A stretch of 64,000 nt of DNA, from NCBI RefSeq assembly GCF_030028105.1, contig NC_092375.1, forward strand, positions 45,917,130 to 45,981,129, read 5' to 3'. This document shows positions 12,039 to 25,689 of the stretch, piece by piece. The notes under the pieces are model-generated. The model was given only the letters and a program-made list of their open reading frames with translations. It did not search any database and was not told the origin of the DNA. This DNA is from Mobula birostris. Lineage: Eukaryota. Position 1 is the stretch's first letter, and each line of letters opens with the position of its first letter. A program made the translations under genes and the position numbers.

Positions 12039-14308
12039 CATAGAGTCAAAGAGTCATAAAAAACTACAGCACAGGAACAGGCCCTTTGTCCCATTTAAAA
12101 CTGTCTTCTCCCATCGACATGCACCCAGACCATAGCCCTCTACATCCCTCACATCAATGTACCTATCCAAACCTCTTTTAAATGTTGGAAGTGAAATTCT
12201 ATCCACCACTTGTGCTGGCAGCTCATTCTACATTCACACCATCCTTTGAGTGAAGACGTTTCCCTCATGCTCCCCTTAAACATTTCACCTCTTACCCTTA
12301 CCCTATGACCTCTGGATGTAGTCTCACCCAACCTCAGTGGAAAAGGCCTGCTTTCATTTACCCTACCTATACTCCTCAAAATTTTGTATACCTCTATTAA
12401 ATCTCCCCTCAATCTTCTATGTTTCACAGAATAAAGTTCTAACCTATTCAATATTTCCTTATAACTCAGGTCATCCAGTCCCAGCAACATCCTTGTAAAT
12501 TTTCTCTCTACTCTTTCAGACTTATTTACATCTTTCCTGTAGGTAGGTGAACAAAACTACACACAATTCTCCAAATTAGGCCTCAACAATGTCTTATACA
12601 ACCTGAACGTAACATCCCAACTCCTGTACTCAATACTTTGATCTATGAAGGCCAATGTGCCAAAAACTTTCTTTACAACTCTACCTAACTGTGGCACCGC
12701 TTTCAATGAATTATGGACCTGTATTCCCAGATCCCTTTGTACTACTGCACTGGTCAGTGTCCCGCCATTCACCGTGTAAGAACTATCCTGGTTGGTCTTC
12801 CCAAAGTGCAACACCTCGCACTTGACTGCATTAAATTCCATCTACCATCTTTTTCAGCAGGTCCAGATACTGCTGCACATTTTGATTGTCTTCCTGACTG
12901 TCCACTACACCCACAATCTTGGTGTCATCCGTAAATTTGCTGATCCGGTTAACCACATTATCATCCAGATTGTTGATACAGATGACAAACATCAAAGGAC
13001 CAAGCACCCGCCCCTGAGGCACTCCACTAGTCAGAGAGGTAACCATCTACTACAACCCTCTGGTTTTTCCCATGCAGCCAATGTCTAATCCAATTTACTA
13101 CCACTTCTTGGATGCCAAGTGACTGAACCTTCTTGACCAACCTCCCATGCGGAACCTTGTCAAGTGCCTTGCTAAAGTCCATGTAGACAACATCCATTGC
13201 CTTGCCTTCATCCACTTTCCCGGTAACTTCCTTGAAAAACTCTATAATATTGATCAGACACTACCTACCATGCACAAAGCCCTGTTGACTATCCCTAATC
13301 AGTCCCTGTCCATCCAAATACTCATATACCTGGTCCCTTAGAATATGTTCCAATAGATTTGCCACTATTGGTCAGGTTTACCGGCCTATAATTTCCTGGT
13401 TTATTCTTAGAAACCTTCTTAAACAGCAGAATAACATTAGCTATCCTCTAATCCTCCAGAACCGCACCTGTCACTAAAGATAATTTAAATATCTCTGCTA
13501 GAGCTTCTGAAATTTCTGCACCAGCCTTCTACCGGGTCCAAAGGAACACCTTCTCAGACCCTGGGGATTTGTCCACACTAATGTGTTCAAGACAGTAAGC
13601 ACCTCCTCCGCTGTAATCTGCATAGGGTACGTGACCTTGTCACTGCATTGCCTCACTTCTATAGACTCTGTTTCCATCTCCCAAGTAAATACAAAAGTAA
13701 AAAGTCCATTTAAGATCTCCTCTATCTCTTTTGGCTCCACGCATAAATGACTATTCTCATCTTCCAAAGGAACAATTTTGTCCCTTGTAATCCTTTTGCT
13801 CTTAACATATCTGTAGAAGCCCTTAGGGTTCCTCTTCACTTTGCCTGCTAGAGTAACCTCATGCTTTAGTTTATGCCTCCTGATTTCTTTCTTAAGTATT
13901 CTTTTGCATTTCTTTTACTCCTCAAGTACATCATTTGTTCCTACTTGCCTATATCTGCTATGCACCTCCTTTATTTTCTTAACTAGTGCCTCAGTGTTTC
14001 TTGAAAACCAAGGTTTCCTAAACCTGTTATCCCTGCCAGAAAACAACCTGTCCCAATCCACTCTTGCTAGATCCTTTCTGATACCATCAAAATTGACCTT
14101 TTTCCAATTTAGAATACCAACCCACGGACCAGACCTGTCCTTTTCCATAATTACCTTGAAACTAATGGCATAATGTTCACTAGATGCAAAGTGTTCCCTT
14201 ACACAAACTTCTGTCACCTGCCCTGTCTCATTCCCTAATAGGAGATCAAGTATTGCCCACCTTGTCATTGGAACTTCTAAATACTGGTTAAGGAAACTAT
14301 CCTGAACA
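12039..14308 (-). mobile_element. CR1 LINE, 5'-truncated and decayed
   Basis: ORF pieces [60 protein letters not shown] and RRLRGDLIEVYKI. CR1-type 3' UTR and tail at ~12040-12150. Confidence 0.93.
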
Positions 14309-15799
14309 AGTCAAGGAATCTCTACTAGAAACTCTGCAACAAATTGCTTCACAGAGTTAATATTCAGGGATGTGTTAAGTCTAACACATCAAACTTCAGC
14401 ATAGCACCTGTCACTCTCTTTTTCTGGAAGAGAAGCCAGATAATTAGGACACATTATTTTCTAAGAATGGTGTGATTATGGTTTTCTGTTTGAGCTTACA
14501 AGACATTCTAGACCATGGATGTGGAAAGGTATTTTTAGGTCATGAGAAATGAGAGTTCATCTATGAAATATTATGTGTTATTTGCCCCAAATATAGTTTG
14601 AGGAGTTACAAAGAAAATGGCCTAGATCATAAACTGTCCTCAATTGCTGCTGACTACCTTGTTAGCTTGAGGTTACCTTCATAGATCCTCAGGGTTAGCT
14701 TCCTGCAAAGTACTCTGTTTCCATATCAATGGGTACAGCCTGAACTGCTGAATATTTCCAGTCATTTGTAGTTTGCTTATGTTTCAGCAAGAATGTTGTT
14801 GAGAGTCAGGACTACTTCTCACCTCCATTTGAACAAACTGCTCCACAGCCTCATCCCATGTTTCTCAACTCACTTGTTCAGAGTGACAACTCATTTCGAG
14901 TTTAAAATTAAATTATGGATACTTTTATTCAGATTTCATACACATGAAGCAGGCAGCATTGTTCAAACTGCTTATGGATAAAACTAGAAAAATACTTATA
15001 GACAATACGTAAACCAGTTTGAAAAACGTTGCCCACTTCATATGTTTAAACAGGATTACAATCACTCCCATAGGTCCCAGATGCTTCTCGAATCAAAAAG
15101 CAGAAAGTGGAAGGCAGGTTGGGGGATGAAGAGCCCCATCTATTTCAATGACTAAGTTTGCTTTATTTTTTCCCCGTTATTTGCATCTGGAAACTTTGTA
15201 TGAGTCTCAGCTGCAAATGTGCATTTGAAAGAAATTTACAGCTACAAAACAGAAAGTCCTGTTATACATCTGTTAAACAATAAATGAAGAAATAACTTTA
15301 ATCAAAGCATATTAAACCACAATTAGAAATAGTAAAGTATGGTATAATCAATACAGCAGTGTGATGACTTGCATTTCACCTCTCCCACTGGTTTGGAGAT
15401 CCCATTCTTATACCAAGCTTCCCTGGCATCGGGTTGGTCTGGATGCAGCACGCATCTTTCAGTGGTAATGAAGGGGGTTGTCCTTGTAACTAGCACTAAA
15501 ATCAGAAAGATTCCCTGTTGCAGCAACTTACTGTCAGAAATAATCTGTAAATAGAGCTAGATGGTACAGCATTAATCTTCACACCCCTTCCCTTCCCTCT
15601 GTGTTCCCAACTCCCTTCAAAACACGAAAGGGCTACATAATGGCTATTTCAGCAAGAGAAGACAATGTGAGGGATTTCTGAGCTGTACAGGAAATGTCAA
15701 AAACACCAGACTCCCAGAGTAAGTGGGTGCCTAACATTTCAGTAATATTTACTGGAGAGCTAGGATAGTTTGAGACGTGAGGTGCTGTTTTCACCACTT

Positions 15800-16120
15800 A
15801 CACAGTGCTCCTGATGTGTGGTCTCAAATTTCCCAGTACCATCTTAAATGCACCTTCATCACTTTGACCCATCATGTTCAGAGGTTTCCAGGGATGCACT
15901 TCTTCAAGGGAGTTTTCAGTAAATCTTTTTTCCCTCTCAGAAGCGACCTGGCCTGTCTAATGTAGCCAACTGGCAAAACTATGGCCTCAGAGCGGAGTCT
16001 GTTGGTCTGAGAGAGGGCGTTGATACTGGTTCATTTATCCTTTCTGTGAATTTGGAGGATTTTGTAAAAACTGTTCTGGAGGTATTTTTCCAGTACCTCG
16101 GGGCACCTGCTGTAGGTAAC
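15800..16120 (-). mobile_element. RTE-clade LINE 3' fragment
   Basis: The minus frame reads TYSRCPEVLEKYLQNSFYKILQIHRKDK*TSINALSQ, resembling the RTE C-terminal region (LE.YHQRCLRKIL.I.W.D..TN.SVL). Confidence 0.65.
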
Positions 16121-16159
16121 GTTGAGTGTAACATCCCCTTGTAGGATTTGATAAATGAG

Positions 16160-17205
16160 TAGACAATGCCTCTCACTCCCTTCTTCACATTGGAGGCACA
16201 GACGTGGAAACTGTGAGCAGTTTCAGGCTCCAGGGTGTGCATATCTCCACAGAACACATCCTTCAGAGTCAAGAAAGCTCACTAATGCCTCTATTTCCTG
16301 AGGAGGCTGAAGAGCGATGGTCTATACACATCAATAGTCATGACCTTCTACAGATGCGCAGTACAGAGGATCCTAACATGCTGCATCACAGTATGGTATG
16401 GAAACTGTACTGTGGTGGCCAGGAGGTAATTAAAACTGCCCAATGTGCCAATAGCACCAGACTACCCACTATCAAGGACATATATACAGAAAGGTGCTAG
16501 AAACAAAGGCCAGAAGTATCATGAAGGATCCTAGCCATCTCACTTAGGAACTGATTGTCCCACTCTCATCAGGAAAGAGGCAGCATCCACGCCAGGATCA
16601 CTAAACTCAAAAACAGTTACTTCCCCCAAGCCACACACGCAGAATGCTGGAGGAACTCAGCAGACCAGGCAGCATCTAGGAAATATCGACATTTCAGGCT
16701 GAGACCCTTCCTGAGGATCTTTCCCCCAAGCCGAAGGGCTAATCAACATGGCCACCCAATAACCCTCCACACAACTACATACACATCAATCACTCCCCTC
16801 AACACTCTTCAACCCCACATGCACTGCCACTTACTCTCATACACGTTTCCACACTTAACTCCACACCTCATAACTACACCGACGCAGCCAGTCTTACTGC
16901 GTTTTCATTTGCCCTGCAGCTACCTAGAAAAGTTCCTCTTTTGCCAGGACTTACTTCGTCATTTATCCTTTCCTGTCAGAGTCACCTACATTCAGATACT
17001 CCTGCACCTAGCGTAACTTTATGTACATACAATCAGTCTATGCATATAAGCTAATCTTATGTGTATACGGCCACACTCAGCTTGTACATTGTGTTTTATA
17101 GGATTGCTTTTATATTCATATCTATTGTGTTTTTATGCTGCATTGGATCTGGAGTAACAATCACTTTGTTCTCCTTTACGCTCTGTACGGAAGAATGACA
17201 ACAAG
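16160..17205 (+). mobile_element. Rex1/Babar-like LINE 3' fragment and 3' UTR
   Basis: VETVSSFR, RLPTIKDIYTERC and HARITKLKNSYFPQA motifs. Interrupted by a short Penelope-like insert. Confidence 0.75.
16633..16720 (-). mobile_element. 88-bp Penelope-like 3' fragment with 12-bp TSD
   Basis: TTCCCCCAAGCC at 16621-16632 and 16721-16732 flanks ...GCTGGAGGAACTCAGCAG...CGACATTTCAGGCTGAGACCCTTC, a degenerate hammerhead region. Confidence 0.8.
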
Positions 17206-17329
17206 CGATCTTGGCCCCTAGACGATCACAAAAGCAAGCAGTGTCTACATGCTGCAGCTTGATTGCTGAGGCCCCACTGACCTTGTTTCTGTTGAGTATT
17301 TGCCCGGAGTTGAACAGTCTCTTGTTGGT

Positions 17330-17510
17330 CCTTAAGATTAGCTCAACTTCTCAAATTCAACTGCCCACAATTCACCCCCATCTTACATTTGCTACACAAT
17401 GTCACAGGAGACATAATTCTAATTAACAGGTCTACAGCTGAAGCCACCTCAATGAAGGCCAGTGACAAACAAGGCTGTGTCATTGTCCCAGTACTCTTCC
17501 ACCTATTTTT
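17330..17510 (+). mobile_element. RTE-clade LINE RT fragment
   Basis: Reads LLKFNCPQFTPILHLLH...KQGCVIVPVLF, similar to the RTE motifs LLKFGCP and GVKQGCVIAP. Confidence 0.6.
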
Positions 17511-18143
17511 TACTTTTGACTGGGCACTCTGTAGATTTCTGAATTAAGTACCGAATATAATAGTTTTAACTGAGCACCTAATCTTTTCTACCATATTTTT
17601 CATCTGTGGCTTTTAGTAAAGTTTGTCATGAACTGATCCTCCAGCCCCACCGGTTATGATTCCTATTTACTGTAAACTTTTACCTTATACCATCATCCAT
17701 CTATTAGCTTGTTAACACTCATGCTTTCCAATCTAACATCAACTCTTGTTTTCTTCTTCTCCTCCTTTTTAGTAGAAGATCTTACAACTGTAACTTTCCA
17801 ATCTGAGACTTGTTCTGTTTTTTTCACTCTCAACAAATACTGTTTGACCTGCTGAGTATTTCCAGCATTTGGTATTTTCAATTATGCATAAGAACTTGTT
17901 TCATTGTTGTGTATTAGTTCTGTAAATCTAGCAACTAATTAATTGCCTGTTTATTGTCTGTGCAGTCTATTTTCTCAGGAAATCAAAGCTGTGCAGCTTT
18001 CTAAATAGTCTTTCCTTTTTTAAGAGTGAAATTGCAAAAGGGTAGTCAGGTTTGTCAGTAGCTCATCATGATTCTACTATTCCGTGTGAATGGTGTGCTT
18101 CTCTGATGACAGCTTCTCATTGATGAATGTTTGCTCTTTATTG

Positions 18144-18205
18144 AATCATATAAAAATATTCATTCATAGTATATAAATCATATAAAAATATTCATTCATA
18201 GTATA
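18144..18205. repeat. Tandem duplication, 32-bp period
   Basis: AATCATATAAAAATATTCATTCATAGTATA occurs at 18144 and 18176. Confidence 0.95.
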
Positions 18206-18775
18206 ATCAGGTTTAGTTAGGTCAACATAGTGAGATTTTTAAAAATGGAATCCATTCTTACTCTTTATGAAAGCTTGGATGTTGTTTTATGCCAAAGGTT
18301 TTCAGATGAACTGAATACATATTTTTGAGGATCCGGACCAAAATATGCTGGCAAAATAATTTCACTGGAATGCTCATGCTATAGATGTGATGCTCCACAA
18401 ATTGTAAATCACCGCAAATCCCCTGAATAACTTGAAAAATTGGGAGCTCGCTGTCAGTCTATCAATGAAGTTTTGAGAAATTATAGCATTCATGCATTAA
18501 CTATTAATTAAACTCACTGCAGAAAATTAGGACTGCTATTTAACAGCCCAGATAAATTTTTAATGAGAATATTTGTGCTTTTGCTATAGTACTCACGCTT
18601 TGGCCTCGGGGAAGGGAACAGCATAAACACCAGATTACTGCAAATGCTAGAGATTTTAAATATTTTAAGTTTTAATACATTTAAAAATGAATTTAACCAT
18701 TTTTATTCTTAATCGAAATTTTATTTCCACTCTTCTGTACTCAATTTAACTTCAGTTTACCCTATTTGGAGTAAA

Positions 18776-21640
18776 AGAGTCATAGAACACTACAGCACAC
18801 ACAGGCCCTTCAGCCCATCTAGTCCATGCCAAACCATTAATGTGCTGAGTCCCAATGACCTACACCTGGACCACAGCCCCCCAAAAACCTTGCCATCCAT
18901 ATACCTATCCAAACTTCTCTTAAGTGTTGATATCAAATCTGCATCCACCACTTGCGCTGGCAGCTCATTCCACAGTCACCACCCTCTGAGTGAAGTCATT
19001 CTCCCTCACGTTTCCCTTAAACATTTCACCTTTCACCCTTAACCCATGACCTCTAGTTGTAGTCTCACCCAATCTCAGTGGAAAAAGCCTGCTTGCATTT
19101 ACCCTATGCATACCCCTCATAATTTTGTATATCTCTATCAAATCTCTCAATTTTCTATGTTCTAGGAATAAAATCACAGCCTATTCAAACTTTCTCTATA
19201 ACTCAGGTCCTCAAGTCTCAGCAATGTCCTTCTAAATTTTCTCTGCACTCTTTTAATCTTGACATCTTTCCTGCATATTGGTGACCAAAACTGCACACTA
19301 TACTCCAAATTAGGCCTCACCAATGTCTTATACAATTTCAACATTACACCCTAACTTCTATATTCAATACATTCATTTATGAAGGACAATGTGTCAAGAG
19401 CTTTCTTTACGATCCTGTCTAGCTCTGATGTCACCTTCAAGGAATCATGGATCTGTATTCCCAGATCCCTCTGTTCTACCACATTCCTCAGTGCCCTTCC
19501 GATGACTGTTTAAGACCTACCCTGCTTGATCCTCACAAAGTGCTCACACTTGTCTGAATTATATTCTATCTGCCATTTTTCAGCCTATTTTTCCAGTGGA
19601 TCCAGATCCTGCTGCAAGCTTTGATAGTCTTCCTCACTGTCCACTACATCCTCAATCTTGTTGTCATCTGCAAGTCTGCTGATCTAGTTTACCACATTAT
19701 CATCCAGATTGTGAATAAAGATAACAAACAGCAAATCTTTATGGCACATAACTACTCAGAGGCCTCCATCTACTACAAAGCCAATGTCTAATCCAATTTA
19801 CTACCTCGTCTTGAATGCCAAGCGAGTGAACCTTCTTGACCAACCTCCCACCTGGGACCTTGTCAAAGGCCTTGCTAAAGTTCCTTCCAACATCCACTGC
19901 CTTGTGTTCATCAACCTTCCTAGTAACTTCCTCAAAAAAAACTATAAGATTGGCTAGACATGATCTACCACACACAAAGCCATGCTGACTATCCCTAAAT
20001 CGTTCCTGTCCATCCAAATATTTGGATATCCAGTCCCTTAGAACACCTTCCAATAACCAACCCACTACTGTTGTTAGGCTCACCAGCCTATAACTTCCTG
20101 GCTTAATCTTAGAGCCTTTCTTGAACAACCGAACAACATTAGCTGTCCTCCAATCCTCCAGCACCTCACCCATTCTGCAATTTCTGCACCAGCCTCCCAC
20201 AGGGTCTGAAGGAACACTTTGTCGGAGTCTGGGGATTTACCCAGCCTAATTTGCCTCAAGACAGCAAACACCTCCTCCTCTGTAATCTGTATAGGGTCCA
20301 TGACCTCGCTGCTGCATTGTCTCACGTCTATTTCTGTGTCCATCCCCCAAGTAAATACAGATACAAAAATCCATTGCAAATCTCCCCCATCTCCTTTGGC
20401 AACACAGGTAAATTGCAACTCTGATCTTCCAGAGGACTAATTTTGTCCCTAGCTACCCTATTGCTCATTATATAACTGTAGAAGCTGTTAGGATTCTCCT
20501 TCACCTTAACAGCTAAAAAACCCCATCTCTTCTTTTGGCGCTCCTGATTTCCTTCTAAAGTGTTTTTTTGCATTTCTTAAACCCCTCAAGTACCTCATTT
20601 GTTTCTGCCAGCCTATACCTGCTCTGCACCTCCTTCTTTTTCTTAATCAGCGCCTCAATATCTCTCAATGACCAAGGTTCCCTAAACATGTTATCCTTGC
20701 CTTTTATTTTGATAGGAACATACAAACTCTGTACTCTCAAAATTTTACTTGTGAAGGCCTCCCACTTACCAAGTGCACCTTTGCCAGAAAATAACCTGTC
20801 CGAATTCCATATTTTCCAAACCCTTTCTGATACCATCAAAATTGGCCTTTCTACAATTTAGAATCTCAACCTGTGACCAGATCTACCCTTTTCCATAGTT
20901 ACCTTGAAACTTAAGTTATTATGATCACTAGATGCAAGGTGTTCCCTTACTCAAGCTTTTGTCACACATCCTGTCTCATTCCCTAATAGGAGATCAAGTA
21001 TCACACATTCTGTACTTGGGACTTCTATTTACTGATTAAGGAAACATCCCTGAACATATTTGACAAACTCTATCCCATCTAATACTTTTACAGAAGGGGA
21101 GTCCCAAACAATGTGCAGAAAGTTAAAATCACCTACTATCACAACCTTGTATTTCTTGAAACCTTCTTTTCTTGAAACAGTCTGCAATCTTTCTACAAAT
21201 TTGCTCCTTTAAATCCCATGGACTGTTGGGTGGTCTATAATATAATCCCAATAATGTGGTCATACCTTTCTTTCGGTCACTCAGTCCCTTGTGTCCTGTA
21301 CCTTGGGTGTAACTACCACCCTGTACGTCCCAAATTACTCAGAGTTCTGGAGTTTGAAGCTGCAGCAGAATATACTTCTTGCAGGTGTAGTGGAGGTCTT
21401 CCTGCCTTCCCACATCGTGCAAGAGGAGTATTCCACTATCCTGCCTGGTATCCCCATTGCTTTTATTGTGCAATAAGAAAGAAAGAATAAATAGCTAAAA
21501 AAAAAAATCTTCCTACAGTCTACACTCTCCTCACCAAAGAGTCAAAGAGCCAAAGCCTGAACTCCCCACTCTAACACTGGCTCACTCCCACAATGGCCAT
21601 TCCGCTTAAACCTAACTTATTTTTATTGAATCTTGCGAAA
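18776..21640 (-). mobile_element. CR1 LINE, long decayed copy with ORF1 remnant
   Basis: ORF pieces [40 protein letters not shown] and KLRDLIEIYKIMRG. The region 21300-21470 resembles the ORF1 start at 58486-58700. Confidence 0.9.
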
Positions 21641-21794
21641 TGCCTAATTATGCGCAATCTAATGTCTTCTCAGGCACTGTGGCACAAAAATGTGCAAGAA
21701 GTTCTTGGGTTCCCTATTTTTTTATCTATAATTCTTTAAATTTACTGTCTGAAGAACTGGAATGTGAGTCCCATCATAGAGACTTCTTCCAATC

Positions 21795-22621
21795 TGAGAC
21801 ACTGTGTACATACATCTATTGATGCTTCTGGACACGTCTTCAGTGATGGTCCTGGAATCATCGGGTGTTTCGGGTCTTTCAACATCATACAACCTCCTCC
21901 AGGTGACCCAGCCGGGGCTGATCAGACCGCAGCTTTTGTCCAGATGGCTAGCTACTTATGACTCCATGGCTCCCCTCTTTTGAGCCACAGCCATCTTGAG
22001 GCCCTCTCTGCCGCATCGGTGGTACTGCAGATGGCTCTCCTCTTCCTCTCTCCCTCGATGCCCAAAATGCTGAAGGCTCTAACTAAAGAACCCCCTACAA
22101 CTAACCTCCACTGGGAGACACCTTACTCTCCATCCAGCCTGCTGACAGTTGCTGACCAGTCCTGCGTACTTGGAGAGCTTCCTTTCAAAGGCCTCTTCCA
22201 AGCTATCTTCCCATGGGACTGTCAGCTCCAGCAGCACCACTTGCTTAGTAGACTCAGACACTTAGGACAATGTCTGGTCGCAGGGTGGTGGCTGCAATAT
22301 GGTTGGGGAACTTCAGCTGCCCTTCGAGGTCCACCAACAGCTGCCAGTCCCTTGCAGAGGTCAGAATGCCTGCAGATGTTCTTTTGGCAGGTATTGGCTG
22401 CTCCCCAGCTCTGACAAGGCAATGGTCTGCTTGGAGGGTCGGGACCGCTTCGCCCACTCAACTCCTGCGCTGATGGCTTCAGCGATGGTCTTCAGGACCT
22501 GATCATGCCTCCACCTGTACCGTCCCTCACCAAGTGCCCTTGCACAGCTGCTGAGGATGTGCTCCAGGGTTCTTCGCTTGGAGCACAGTGGGCACGCAGA
22601 TGACTCTGCCTTGCCCCATGT
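21795..22621 (-). mobile_element. HERO (R2 superclade, restriction-like endonuclease) non-LTR retrotransposon, 3' fragment
   Basis: Minus frames give the CCHC knuckle CPLC...LEHILSSC, RYRWRHDQVL, TTLRPDIVL and LLELTVPWEDSLEEAFERKLSKY...PVEVSCRGF, ending SRWLWLKR...stop at 21952-21954. Confidence 0.85.
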
Positions 22622-23499
22622 GTAACATATTTGAAATAAAGAGTGAGGGAATAACGTTTAGCAGGACATGTCAAAGGATTCCTGCTGAAACAACTCTGAA
22701 GCATGATATATTCATAACATAGAAGTTCTCACTGGCCTCTTTGATATTTGATAGCTGTCCAAACATAATGAGCAATTTCCTGCTAGTGAAGGGGATTACT
22801 TTTTAACTTCTGAACCATTTGGTTGATAGAAATAACTTATACACATTATTGCCCTGTTGTAAAAGAGAGATTAAATTTTCATCGCAGGCACTTTCCTTGG
22901 TTTGAAAAATATGCTTTATACCTGAGCTTTGTCATAAAAATAGAAATTTCGGCAATTAGATGATCATTAGGTTTATTGATTGGTGGCCATAAAACACAAA
23001 GGGTTACAATTAGAATCAGTATCTGCAATTTGCAAGTTGCATGGAAGTTACAAAAAAAGACTTGATGAAGTTCACCGCTCAGAGTAAGGAAAAAGGCTTC
23101 AATAGATTGGAGTATCTTTGGCATTTTTGATTTGCTAGTTTGCGTTACACTTAATTAGAGGCCCATATCCCAGGCAATTCAAACTATTTGGCATAGATCA
23201 ATAAATTCTTGATGACAGATATCCTGGGGAAGTGTTTGTCAGCTTGGCTTTGGATGAGGACATAGATTAGGGCTGTGCTGTGTGACAAGGTCAATGCCCT
23301 TGATAGACAGCTCTGAGGCCATTAGACATTTGTAGTGAATTGCCTGGACTCAGCCAAATTTCAGCAGGAACAATGGGCTAGATCCAGCTATCTGAAAGCT
23401 TTTTAACTCGGAGAAGAAAAATAAGGTTAGTGTTACGATGAAAGGTAACACTGACAAATTGTCTTTATTGTTTTGATATTTTGAGGAGAACAGTTAAGG

Positions 23500-25320
23500 T
23501 TGAAACCACTTTCAACATACAGTTTCTGTCCACAGTAATAGTGAGATTCAGCAGACGAGTGCTAAAGAAAGGGATGAAACATTTACAACCATATTCTTCC
23601 AGAAATGACGAAGAGATGATCCATCTTGGCTTCCTCCTGAGATCCCCACTGTGACAGAAACCTATCTCGCATCTATTTGATTCACGCCACATGATACCGA
23701 GAAATGGTTGGAAACTACAGCAAAGGTTACAGAACTATGCAACCCAGATGCAGCAATGAAGACCTGCAGCCCAGAATGAGCTGTGCCAGGAGCCAAGCTG
23801 TTCCATCACGGCTATGGTAATGTCATCTACCTGACAATACCGAAAATCACCCAGGTGTTTTCCTTTCACCAAAAACAGGTCAGATCCAATTTAATGCTGC
23901 CCAACCTTTCTACACTCGATCAGGATCAGAATCAGGCTTATTATCTGAAAGTTGGTGCTTTGTGGCAGCAGGACAGTGAAAGACATAAAAAATTGTTAAG
24001 TAACAACAAATAAACAGATGGATAAATAATTGATTGATAAATAGAATAACAGATAAATAAATAAATAGTGTGAAAGAGGAATAGTGGGGTTCTCTCACAG
24101 CAAAGGTTCTGACACTGTCATTAAATGGCACTTAATCACACACTTATAACAAACAACTTGGTTCCGGACCTCATCACAACTTTTGTTCAAACATGAACCA
24201 AAGTGCTGAATTGCAAAAGTTAAGTGAAGATGCCTGTCCTTTAAGGCAGCATTAGACCAGGCCTAGCAAAGTTGAAGTCAATGGCCATCAAAGGGAAACA
24301 TTCCTTTGGCTGGAGTTATGTCACACATAAAGGAAGATGGCAGTCAGCCTTGACGCACTGAAATAACAGCAAACTAAGACTGAGGCTGGACCATTCGGGC
24401 ATCCCTGCAGACTTTCTTCTCGTAAGAGTCAAGTCAAGTTCAAGTTTATTGTTATTTCCACCATATTACATGTATCCTGCCAAACGAAACAAAGTTCCCT
24501 CCAGACCAAGGAGCACAAGACGGTGCGTATAACTCACACACAACGCACAAAGTAATATTACCTCAATAGGCTAGACCGTACTACCTCCAGCAGCTTCATC
24601 AATGACCTTCTTTCAATCCTAAGATCTCAAGTGAGGACATTTGCAGATGATTACCCAACATGAAAATCCATTCAAAACTCCTCAGCAAATGAAGTATTCC
24701 AAATGTACACACAACAAAATCTAGACACGCTTAGATGTAGATTGATAAACGGTAAGTAATATTCATGAAAAGGGCTGGACAATGACCATCTCCAATATAA
24801 AAGATACATTTGAAGTCGATGATATCACCTTTTCCAGGTTCCCCATCGTCAATACCCTTAGAGTGGTCAGATAGATGTAATGGCTGCAAGGACAAGTCAC
24901 AGGCAAGGTATTCAATGGTAAGTGACTTACTTCCTGACATTCTTATGCCTTTCCACCATATTCCTGGATGACAACTCCCAAGAAGCTCGACAACATACAA
25001 GTTAAGGCAGCCTGCTTGATCGCCACCCTGTTAACCACCCTAAACATTCATTACAATCTAGTTAGTCACTCAGGCAACTCCAACAGCAAGTCGCTAGCCT
25101 GTAACGACTACCACCAGTGGAAGCAGGCACATGATGACACCACCCACACATGGAGTTTTCCCTCAAAGATGCTCATCATCCTGACTTGGAAATATATCAG
25201 TGTGCAAGTACCTTAAACGATAGGACTACAGTGACTGAAGAAGACCATCGCAAACACAATCTTCTGAAGGACAATTAGGAATAGGCATTAAATGCTGGCT
25301 TTTTCTACTGATGCCCAGAT
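23500..25320 (+). mobile_element. Ancient CR1/L2-group LINE, highly decayed, with younger inserts
   Basis: Recognisable remnants SAKER.ETF.TIF, SFINDL and FADD (ACATTTGCAGATGAT ~24640), and TTPKKLDNIQVKAACLI. Confidence 0.6.
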
Positions 25321-25689
25321 CCCTAAAATGAAAACTTTTAAAAAAATCAAGCCATTGGGTTAGATTTACTCAGTTTTCTTTAATAATGCTAAAGTTAGCA
25401 GTCTGCACAAGAAGTTGTTTTGTACAAAGTGTCATGATCCCAGTGCTGATTCACACTAAAATGCCTGTTGTAAACATTGGGGAAAAACACCCGTTTCACC
25501 ACCTGCATTTCTAAAAACAGCACAGCAGTTTCTGTACTCGCTTCTCTCACCTGTTCTTTGCCTGAGGCAATACATGAAGTATTGCGGTTACTAAATTAGT
25601 AATTCAAGGATATGTGTACCAATTCGACCACTTAAATTCAGTTTATTCTTAAATCTGGAAATAAAGTTGATGCTCGTGGGATTGATTTA

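Noticed and set aside
15323-15550. Possible minus-strand exon (acceptor-like TTTACAG and an open frame)
   Set aside because: No recognisable protein similarity or partner exons. It cannot be supported without BLAST or RNA-seq.
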